Of a stretch of 64,000 bases of DNA, positions 15,180-24,700 are shown piece after piece. The stretch is taken from IMG/VR virus record IMGVR_UViG_3300045988_034373, positions 96,001 to 160,000 of that record; one strand, written 5' to 3'. Under the pieces are notes generated by a model. That model searched no databases, was not told the DNA's origin, and was given only the letters and a program-made list of their open reading frames with translations. Made by a program: the position numbers and the translations under genes. This DNA is from a virus. The number at the start of each line of letters is the position of its first letter. Positions within the stretch are counted from its first letter, which is position 1.

Positions 15180-18100
15180 ATGTCACAAGTAATAAGAAAA
15201 TTTGAGAACTCTGGTAAGATAGAACAATCTAAGCCAGAACTATTCGAGAGAAGTGGCGTTGGTAAGTACAATAAGGCTGATTTAGTTGCTGGACTATATA
15301 GGAACATAGATACCTATATAAAGAATAATAATCTTAGCGGAGACAAAGCAGTTTCATTTAGGAACTCTGCTAACCAGTTTATTAAAGGTATTGAGAGTGG
15401 AACTATTAGTATGAATGGTGATGGTACATTCTCTGATGCAACAGGTAGTATGGCTAGTTCAGGAAAGTTTGATAAGAACTGGATAGGACGTAAGAAGGAC
15501 ACTACAAATAATGCCTTTAATTTAGTTGGTGACTATGCACTAGACTACATCAATCAGATGCAACAATACACTGAGCCAGCAGCTAAACCTAAAGAGAAGT
15601 TCAATACCAACAACTTCTTAACTAAAGAGATTTCTAAAAGATGGTATGGTGGTAACGATATAGATTTCGGTAACTGGTTCAAGAACAGAGGTGAGCAAGA
15701 CCGTAATGCACTACTTGGAGAAATCTTCAATAATGCAGACTATAATCAACTATACCAAGATTATGATTGGACTGACACTGGAATTAACAGTGCAGAAGAT
15801 TTAGCTAATCGCGGAAGAGCATTTAGTACAGCCATTTCTAATAATACATTAGATAATGATGACTATAATACCTTTGCTACATTAGGTGGTAGTGGTTTAG
15901 ATAAGTTCTTGAAGGAGACTTCTATGGAAGCGGCTCCAACACCAGAGCAGGACAAAATGAAGACATGGGAAGCTGAGGCTAGAGCAGCTGGGGCAACCAC
16001 TCCAGAAGCAATCGCTGCATTTGTAAAAGGTAAACAACAGGATGAAGAGGCTACTAACCATGCTATCATTGAACAACAAGCCAAGAGAGATAGTAAGATG
16101 GAGAGGGACGCTTTCTTCAATGATTATGCAGTCAAAAATCCATTCAAAGAGACTATTCAATCAGGATATACTCCTAGCTCTGTGTCATATAAGCCAGAAG
16201 ACTTTGATAAGACTATAAGGGATTTCTATAATAACAATATTGACCAATACCTAAACGATAACCTATCTAGAGATTGGTTTAGGGCTGGTAACACTCAGCA
16301 CATTGCTAATCACATGGATTATCTGATTAATCATCTAAAGGTGAATCTTCCAGATGCAGGTGATGGGTTTGTGGCAATTCCTTCCACATTTGATTACAAC
16401 AATTACACTACAATGGTGTATAATCCAACAACTAGACAATATAAAGAGTCGTCTATGTTGGTAAATGATGCCCTAAGACGTCTTGCAGACGTTCATTATG
16501 ATAGTACTCGTACACCTAAGAGAGAGAATGGTGGTGTGCTTTATATGCAATTTGGAGGAACGTATAGTGCTGGGGCTAACTACAGTAACTATCAACAACA
16601 AAGGGCGCAAGAGAAGAAGACTAAGGAAGAGGAAACCGTCAAGCAGAAAGCTGAATCTAAGGGAAGAACTGTTGAAGAACAACAAATAGCTGATAGAAAG
16701 CCTGGAAGTATTACTAGTGGTGATTGGACTGGTGCTGACTATACTAGACTAGCATCTATAGTTGCAGACATTGGTTCTATTGGTGCTGCCTATGTTCCTG
16801 TATATGGTACAGCTGTATCAGCTGGATTAGGTATAGGTAGTTCTTTAGCTAATTATGGTGCTGACCTGTCAGAAAATGGATTTAAGTTGGGTGACTTAGG
16901 TGGATTAGCTATGAATCTAGGTTTAGATGCAGTAGGTCTAATTCCTGGACTAGGTACAGCAGCAAAGGGCAGTAAGATGCTCAAGACAGCTGTTAAATAT
17001 ATACCTAAAACATTATCCTTATTAGCGGCTTACAACTATACTGGTCCAGCTATAGAGTCTATGAAGAAAGCTATGTCTTCTGATGCTGAACTTACAGTGG
17101 ATGACTGGAGAAATATAGCAGAAGGATTTAAACTTGTACTTCAAGGAGGTAAAGGAATCAAGAGAGGCTACCAAGCTAAGAACCTAAAGAAAGACTTAGC
17201 AACTGGCAACAAGGTTCTTACTACATTAGGGGGTAAGGAGGTATCTGTAACTCCCGCTGAACTATCCGAAATCCGTTCTTATAGGAGGATTGAAGACCAA
17301 CAAGCTGCGCTGCAGTTATTAAAGAAGGATGATAACCTACAACTCGCTGGAGATTTAAATAAGAGGTGGTTCAATCCATCCCGTTATCTTCCCAACTCTA
17401 ATATTAGAGATGAATATGACTTTAATAAGACTGTAAAGAAGAGAACCTCTCAAGGCATAATAGAAGTGCCTAGAGTGTACAGTAACTCAGATAAATATAT
17501 TGCAGCTACCATGCAACGTAGTACTCCTCAAATTCCAGGAATTGATGAGTTGTCAGTAAAATATAACGACTGGAAGTATGGGGTTAAAAAGCCTAAAGCA
17601 AAAGCTAAAGGAAGTAAGACCTCTGATACAAAACCTTTACTAGCTCTTCCAGCCCCAGGTCAAACTCACAGAGTATTTACTATGGGTGGGGGACAACCTA
17701 GAGTACCTCAAGATGTAACTAACTCTTCTAATCTTAGAAAGCCAGGAAGCTATACTGATAGAGCTGTTCCAGTAGGAGGTACCCCAGTACAATCTCCTGA
17801 TGCTAATGCAGTTAGAGCAGTTAATACTATCAACTCTATATTAGAGCCATTTGTTCCTAAATCTAAGAACTTACCTGCTGTTATTCCTGCATCAAGAAAT
17901 GCTGAAAAGGTAGTAGCCTCTCAGACTGTACAGCCCAGTCAAAGATTGGACCAGTTCATTGAGGGGCAAATTCCAGGCAGAAGACAGTATGGTAGGCAGA
18001 GAGCTAAAACTGAGAGAGAATACAGAGATGTATTCCACCCAGCAGCTGAACGAGAGTACAACCAAGTATGGGATGAAGCTGTTAGAGGTAGAAAAGACTT

Positions 18101-19970
18101 TGGATATGAGGAAGTATTCCCTAAGAGAAGTCCATATGCACCCCCAACTCCTACAGAGGTGTATATAGTACCAGAGGGAGCTATGAAAGACCCTAACGCA
18201 AGGTATCTATGGGAGCTTATTAATAAAAAACCTAATACTGCACATATTAAAAGAGATAGCCAACCTCATAAAGTTAAGTCTAAGAAGAAGAAAACTTCAA
18301 AGGATGATAAAGTCACTAAGAAGGCTGAGGGAGGAGTAGTTCAATTTCTACAAGATGGTAAGACTGTAGGTAGAATCAAAGCTAAAGATATGTCTGGTTG
18401 GGACAGAGCACAGGCTTTAGCTAACTATGATTGGATTGCTGATTATGATAGATGGGCATCACAACACGAAGGTCCAGATGATGCTACTGAGTCTTATATA
18501 ATATCATTCAATGGTGGTGAAGATATATATGACCAATTAACATCTAAGACTGGAGATTACTTCGGAGGTAAGTACAATTATTCAGTACAAGACCCATTAG
18601 CTAAACATAGACAGATTACTTTTAGAGGTACTAATCAAGGCTTTGATGATTTAATCAGAAAGGGTATTGTAGGTTATGGTACTACAGAAGGTAATTCTGG
18701 ATTTGATATATATGCTGGTGATAGAACTGGTAATAGAACACTTGCAAGAGGACTATCCGCAGAGGATGTAGCTCGCTTTAACAAGCAGTTAGCAACGAGA
18801 GGAATGGAACTCTATGATAAGGGCAATGGTGCTTATAGGTTAAGAAGATTACAACAAAAACCTACTGAATTACCAGAGGTTGTTGTAACTGCTGATGCAC
18901 CTAAAGCTCCTACGGCTACTAACCCTTCAGCTATTAATCCAGCTGCATCTAAGAAAGGTAAAGGCTTCAATCTTGGTGTAATGCCAGAAGATGTTATCGC
19001 GTTAGGTAGAATGGTAGGTGGATTAGCAGCTAATAACAAGGCAGCTAAATTATATAAGGAAGGTCTAAAACCAACTTTATTAGACACATTTGAGAATACT
19101 GTTCCACTACAAGGTAACTTCCAAGCAGTTACTAATGCTGAACAACAAGCAGGCAATTTAGAATCTGTAGCTGCAAGACCTAGAACTTCTGATGCTTCAT
19201 TGCAATTAGCAGGAGAGTTAGAAGCTAGTGATAGAGCGGGTCAAGCTAGATTCCAAGGTGGTCTACAGGATGCAGAAATGTTCTATAAGACCAGAATGTT
19301 AGGACAGCAAGAATCCGATGCAGCTAAGGCAAGAAGAGTTGATGTGGCTAATAGGAATAGGGCTTCAATGAATCAGATTGATGCAGCTAAGAAGCAAATT
19401 GATGCAGCTAGAGTTACATCTAATTATCAGAATGTTATTGCTCCTTACTTAGCTGGAGTTGAGAACCAATTCGCTCAGAAGAGAGCTATGAATCAACAGT
19501 TAGACATGGAAGAAGCTCAGAGAGAGGCTGAAAGGACTTATTCTCCAGAGTTTGATAGACTAACTAATGATTACAATACAGCCTATAAAGCTTATGGTGC
19601 TGCAAATAAGAATGATTACACTGGCTGGGAGACATCTAACGAGTATAAGTCGTTAATAAATAGAAGAAAGTCCCTTAACGATAATGTATCTCAATTCCTA
19701 TTGGATAGGAGAAGAGGAATTATGGGTTCTCCATATATGTTCCAAGTTAAGAGGAACTCTTCTACCAAGACTCCATATGTTAAGTCTGGAGGTAAGCTAA
19801 GTGCAGCTGACAGAGAGAAGTTACAAAGAGCAAGAGATTTTAATAAGAGATTGCTAGAGGACAATAAGCAGTTCCACAAAGATATTATGGAATCTAAGAG
19901 AGAACATAACAAGTTAATAATGTCTATGTCTTCTCTAACTTCTGAGTTAATAAAGAAAGCAATGTCATGA
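15180..19970 (+). CDS. giant virion-block protein (1596 aa), putative ejected/internal protein
   Basis: Uninterrupted 4.8-kb ORF. It has an N-terminal RKFENSG, a Gly-rich hydrophobic segment (IGSIGAAYVPVYGTAVSAGLGIGSSLANYG...GLIPGLGTAAKG) and a long C-terminal helical/coiled-coil-looking region. No enzymatic motif was seen. Confidence 0.8.
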   Translation: MSQVIRKFENSGKIEQSKPELFERSGVGKYNKADLVAGLYRNIDTYIKNNNLSGDKAVSFRNSANQFIKGIESGTISMNGDGTFSDATGSMASSGKFDKNWIGRKKDTTNNAFNLVGDYALDYINQMQQYTEPAAKPKEKFNTNNFLTKEISKRWYGGNDIDFGNWFKNRGEQDRNALLGEIFNNADYNQLYQDYDWTDTGINSAEDLANRGRAFSTAISNNTLDNDDYNTFATLGGSGLDKFLKETSMEAAPTPEQDKMKTWEAEARAAGATTPEAIAAFVKGKQQDEEATNHAIIEQQAKRDSKMERDAFFNDYAVKNPFKETIQSGYTPSSVSYKPEDFDKTIRDFYNNNIDQYLNDNLSRDWFRAGNTQHIANHMDYLINHLKVNLPDAGDGFVAIPSTFDYNNYTTMVYNPTTRQYKESSMLVNDALRRLADVHYDSTRTPKRENGGVLYMQFGGTYSAGANYSNYQQQRAQEKKTKEEETVKQKAESKGRTVEEQQIADRKPGSITSGDWTGADYTRLASIVADIGSIGAAYVPVYGTAVSAGLGIGSSLANYGADLSENGFKLGDLGGLAMNLGLDAVGLIPGLGTAAKGSKMLKTAVKYIPKTLSLLAAYNYTGPAIESMKKAMSSDAELTVDDWRNIAEGFKLVLQGGKGIKRGYQAKNLKKDLATGNKVLTTLGGKEVSVTPAELSEIRSYRRIEDQQAALQLLKKDDNLQLAGDLNKRWFNPSRYLPNSNIRDEYDFNKTVKKRTSQGIIEVPRVYSNSDKYIAATMQRSTPQIPGIDELSVKYNDWKYGVKKPKAKAKGSKTSDTKPLLALPAPGQTHRVFTMGGGQPRVPQDVTNSSNLRKPGSYTDRAVPVGGTPVQSPDANAVRAVNTINSILEPFVPKSKNLPAVIPASRNAEKVVASQTVQPSQRLDQFIEGQIPGRRQYGRQRAKTEREYRDVFHPAAEREYNQVWDEAVRGRKDFGYEEVFPKRSPYAPPTPTEVYIVPEGAMKDPNARYLWELINKKPNTAHIKRDSQPHKVKSKKKKTSKDDKVTKKAEGGVVQFLQDGKTVGRIKAKDMSGWDRAQALANYDWIADYDRWASQHEGPDDATESYIISFNGGEDIYDQLTSKTGDYFGGKYNYSVQDPLAKHRQITFRGTNQGFDDLIRKGIVGYGTTEGNSGFDIYAGDRTGNRTLARGLSAEDVARFNKQLATRGMELYDKGNGAYRLRRLQQKPTELPEVVVTADAPKAPTATNPSAINPAASKKGKGFNLGVMPEDVIALGRMVGGLAANNKAAKLYKEGLKPTLLDTFENTVPLQGNFQAVTNAEQQAGNLESVAARPRTSDASLQLAGELEASDRAGQARFQGGLQDAEMFYKTRMLGQQESDAAKARRVDVANRNRASMNQIDAAKKQIDAARVTSNYQNVIAPYLAGVENQFAQKRAMNQQLDMEEAQREAERTYSPEFDRLTNDYNTAYKAYGAANKNDYTGWETSNEYKSLINRRKSLNDNVSQFLLDRRRGIMGSPYMFQVKRNSSTKTPYVKSGGKLSAADREKLQRARDFNKRLLEDNKQFHKDIMESKREHNKLIMSMSSLTSELIKKAMS

Positions 19971-21781
19971 GAATAACTTCAAATATAGATAAGCTACAAC
20001 AGGGTGGAGGTATTCCACCCTTTGTTAGCTATACTAATGTTCCAAGACCTCAACCCACTGCCCCTTATAGTACATCAGATACTAAACAAGCAGCTGGAGA
20101 AGAATCAGAAGGAGGGTTTGGTTTACTAGATAAGAACATGGTGAAGATGCTTTATGAGAAGGGCTTACCAAGTGATGTGGAGCAATTCTTAGACCAATCT
20201 GGGTTGTTCTCTGAATCCATAATGTCTAATCCATTTGAAAAGACAAACGGAGCTGCTCAGTATAAAGCATTATTAAAGATATTACCTAAGATAGCTATGA
20301 ATAAGGAAGAGTACAATAGAGCTATACAAGAAGCTACTAAGAATAATGCTCTTAAAGAAACAGCTATTGATACAGATGGCAGAGTATTTGCCATTAGCCC
20401 AGACGGACAAGTTACTAAGAAATTTATAAGCCAGTTAGAGGAAGGGGAACAGACTCTAACAGTTGGACAAATGGCTGAGAATAGAGCCTATAGTCAAGGT
20501 TTGGCATTTAACAGTAATGCTATTACAGCTATTGCTAACAGTACAAGCATTGAGCAAATAAATAAGACTATATGGGAAGCGATTAAGAATTTAGGTTCCA
20601 ATACAAGAGCCAATGAATACTTTAGGTCTAAGGACGAAAGGAAAGCTAAGGCTGGAATTGACAAACTATTGGAAGAAGGAGCTGATGGTGTTTATAAGAT
20701 TAACTCTAAGTCTATAACCCAAGATGCTCAAGCTAAATATGCTTTAAACTATATATTATCAACATTACCATCTAATCAGAAGGTGTTATTACAGGATTAT
20801 GCAAGAAAGTCTGGATTAGATTTGAAGACTGGTCCACTACAAATTATCACTAGTATGATACAATCTGGTATTAGTTCTACAGAAGAAATGGGAGTTAGTT
20901 ATGACAAACAAGCTACCAATGGTGCTAATACTGATGCAAATGGTAATAAGAAGACTAGGGCATTTGATATTCCTATGATGATTGTAACTGGTGATGGTCT
21001 TCCTAAAGAGAATGCCAGAATTAGCTTTGGAAGTAATTATGCTATTGATGTACAAGCACAAAGATTGCCATTCATTCCAGGTAGTGATGGCAAGCCTATT
21101 GGTCCGACTTCCTTAATGGGGGCTTTAAGTGGTCAGTTAGGTAGTGTAGTTAATAAAGATGCTGTACACGTTGGTAACCAAAGACTTGATGCTACTAAGC
21201 TAAATCAACTATACTACGATGGTACTGGAGTGTCTACAATGGAGTTACCTTATAAGTTGGATGAGAATGGACAAGCAGTTCCAGACTTTGATGTTATAGG
21301 TGCTTATAAGGCAGCTGTAGATGCAATCAATAAGGAAGGTAAGGATGTTACTAAGGCTCAAGTAAATCAAATATTCCAAGAACGAGGATTGAATAGATAT
21401 TTTAATGAAGATGGAAGTTTAAATAGGGATAACTTTATGAGGTTTGCTGGTATATCAGTTATTGGCGATGATGAAACCTTTGAACACCCTGATGATAACT
21501 CCGACTTCTTTATGCCTATTACTGATAATAGGTTGACAGCACAGATAAGTGCAACACTAGGTACTAAGTCAAACCCTATGGATATGGGAGACCTATACAG
21601 AACTATTGCTTATGTACCTATTTATGACTCTCCGAGTCTAGCAGGTGCAGCATCTGGTAACTTCTCATGGATTAAGGATGAGGGGGCTATGATGGAAATA
21701 GCAAAAGAACAGCAACTCCGTAACGCTAGACAGGCATATAACAACAATATAACTAAAAGTCAATTATTAAATGGACAATAA
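19967..21781 (+). CDS. virion-block protein (604 aa), function unknown
   Basis: ATGA overlap with the upstream gene. N-terminal DKLQQGGG motif. Confidence 0.75.
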   Translation: MRITSNIDKLQQGGGIPPFVSYTNVPRPQPTAPYSTSDTKQAAGEESEGGFGLLDKNMVKMLYEKGLPSDVEQFLDQSGLFSESIMSNPFEKTNGAAQYKALLKILPKIAMNKEEYNRAIQEATKNNALKETAIDTDGRVFAISPDGQVTKKFISQLEEGEQTLTVGQMAENRAYSQGLAFNSNAITAIANSTSIEQINKTIWEAIKNLGSNTRANEYFRSKDERKAKAGIDKLLEEGADGVYKINSKSITQDAQAKYALNYILSTLPSNQKVLLQDYARKSGLDLKTGPLQIITSMIQSGISSTEEMGVSYDKQATNGANTDANGNKKTRAFDIPMMIVTGDGLPKENARISFGSNYAIDVQAQRLPFIPGSDGKPIGPTSLMGALSGQLGSVVNKDAVHVGNQRLDATKLNQLYYDGTGVSTMELPYKLDENGQAVPDFDVIGAYKAAVDAINKEGKDVTKAQVNQIFQERGLNRYFNEDGSLNRDNFMRFAGISVIGDDETFEHPDDNSDFFMPITDNRLTAQISATLGTKSNPMDMGDLYRTIAYVPIYDSPSLAGAASGNFSWIKDEGAMMEIAKEQQLRNARQAYNNNITKSQLLNGQ

Positions 21782-24700
21782 GAAGCCAAACGATTGGATG
21801 CTGAATGTGTTACAGAATCCCAGTTTCTCTTTATCTGATTTTAAAGCAGTAGGGATTGATGGTAATAACACTTCCATTGAAGATAGGGAAGTCTATGCTA
21901 ATAACAAGATTATACAATCAAATCCACAGTTCCAGGATAGTGATGGCAACTTCGACAATACAAAGTTTAACCAATTCTATGATGGAGCTTTACAGTCATA
22001 CCAACTATTAGCTAATAATACGTTTAATGAAACTGTAATGGATGAGGCTACCTTTGGCTTTAATAATATTTGGGCGCCTAAGGAGTCTAGCAAGAGAACT
22101 CAACCAGAGTTCCAAATCAATAGGACATTCAATCCTGACAGAAGGAAGATGGGAGTAGAGAAAGTAGGGTTCGTTAGTGATAGAACCCTTACTGCTGCTG
22201 AGATAGCCCAAACTCAGAAAGTATTTGACCCAGAGACGGGTGAGTGGGATGAGTCTCCTAATGATGCATGGCTTGGTAGGAATTGGTTCCAACCAGTAGC
22301 ACTAGCACAATGGGATTCAGATGATTACCACATTGACCCAGAAACTAATAGAAAGGTAAGACATAGAAAGGGTGAGTTGAAGTTAAATGAGGAAGGTACT
22401 TATTATTATGAGAAGTTAGGTAGTAGAGAACCTTATGGTAGACAATTATTATCTCCATTTGATGTTCTAACTACTGATGGCTCTAAAGCTAATAAGTATG
22501 ACTTCTTTGATTCTGATAGCTTAGATAAGAGTGTATTTGGAAGTATAATGAAGAATACATTCAAGATTGCTCCTATGTTCGTACCTTATGTAGGTCCAGT
22601 ATACATTGGGCTAGGTATTGCTAATGAACTAGCTAAGGTATTACCTATTATATATAAGACTACATTCGGATTAGCTGGGGCATCTACTGACTGGGCTAAT
22701 AAGTTAGAAGGATTTGCATACTCTATGGATAGTGGAACATCTGAATATGCTAAGCAACATCCTTGGGCAGCAGAGAATATTCTTAACATGGTTGGTGATG
22801 TAGCTAAACAACTATATGAACAAAGGTGGATATTTACTAATGCTCCGAGACTATTCAAGTCCTATGGCATATCATCTAAGAATGGTACTCCATCAGAATT
22901 AGATAAGCAAATTGCTAAGTTAGCCGAGGAATATACTCAGACTGCTGTTAAGGACATTCCTAAGGTATTAAAGTCCTTAGAGGCTACTGGTAGTCTTGAT
23001 ATTATACAGAAGGAAGCTTTAGCTAAAGCTACTATATGGGGACAGAATTATATGAAGAGTTACGAGAACTGGGGTAAACACTTATCTCGTCTTTACATGA
23101 CTGGTACAGCTTCATATAACGCCTTTAGTGATGCTAAGGAAGAAGGGGCAAGTGATGAACAAGCCGCTGCTGTATTCTGGGGATATATGGCTGGAATGTA
23201 TGCTTTAATGTCTACCGATATTGGAGAACACGTACTTCCAGAATTGAGAATGGATAAAGCTCAAATTAGAAAACTTATCCAAGATGTAAGCCAACAAGCC
23301 AAGCAGAGTATATCTACTAATGCTATTAAAGCCGAGTCTAAAGAAGCAAGTAAGAATATATTTGCTAAGTTGTTTAATAGTGCTAAATCATTTGCGCAGA
23401 ACAACTATAAAGCTATTGCTGATGGTTCTACTTCTATCATGTCTAATGCTCTTGCAGAAGGTGTGGAAGAAGTATCGGAAGAAGTATTATATGATGTTAC
23501 TAAAGCAACATTTAATGCTATCTCATATTTCACTGGTAACGAAAGAAGACTATCTGCATTTAATGATATGGCTTCTCGTTATAGTATGTCATTCTTTGGA
23601 GGTGCTATCGGTGGTGGTATGTTCCAAGGTATAAATGACATTAAGATTAGAAAGTCCTACGATTCTAGTAATATGCAAGCTAATCAGGAACTTATCTACT
23701 TAATCAGACAAGGTCGAGGTGAAGAGATTTACAAGGCTTTGGAAGATATGAAGAAGAAGGGAGTTCTTGGTGATAAGAACCTATCTGCAACTAAGGTTGA
23801 CAAGGTAGATGATAAGTATGTATATCAACAAGGAACTGACAAAGATAACCAAAATGATGCTATATATAGTCTGATGAAAGATTATGTTAGCAACATAGAA
23901 CAAGTTCTATCTGTAGAGGGAATGAAGCTATCTGATGCTTCTCTGTTAGATAAGCAAATGCTATCAGAGTTAAGGTATCAAGAGTTATTTAAGAATGCAC
24001 CTTCTACTGGTAAAATCCTACAAGACTTCAATAATCTTGCTGATAGGTTCTTAACCTTACATAGTAAGATTGATGAAATCAATGCTACCTATTCTGATGA
24101 GAATGGTAAGAAGAGTAAGGAGTATGCTGATGCTATGGCTGCTGTTCAACAGCAAATAGACGATGCTAAGAAAGAACAATATGAGTTCTTGCATACTGGT
24201 ATGAGAGGTAAGTACTTGGGAATGATGATGTTCTCAGCTAACCCTGTAATCAGTAAGCCATTCATTGATATGAACTTTAGAATGTATGCAGAGTCTAAAT
24301 ATAATAAGGACTTTGAATTACTATCTGAAGATGATATAGCTAAAGCTAAGGAGGATTACAACAACTACTTACAATATGATGCCAATTCTAAATTAGATAT
24401 GGCTTACGGTGTATTCCGTAATATGAATGAGAAGCTATCTCCTATCTTCCAGGAAACTGGAGAGTTGGGCTATAAGCAATATGCACAACTAAAGAGGAAT
24501 TTCTACAATGCCTCTATGTCTTTAACTGGTGCTGATGGTGTTGCTAAACCTACAACTATATCTGATATACTTGGTGGCATGTTCGGTAATAAGAATGCTA
24601 CTGACGAGGATATACTTGAAATGGCTGAGAACCTAAAGAAGCCTAGAATAAAGGAAGCTAAAGAACATCCATTTGATGAAATATCAAGGTTCTTATCCTA

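Noticed and set aside
15180-19970. Tape-measure protein call for the 1596-aa protein (Gly-rich hydrophobic stretch plus a long helical C-terminus).
   Set aside because: No tail tube, sheath or chaperone-frameshift genes are nearby. The context, next to RNAP-type giants in a crAss-like layout, fits an internal or ejected protein better. The function is left open.
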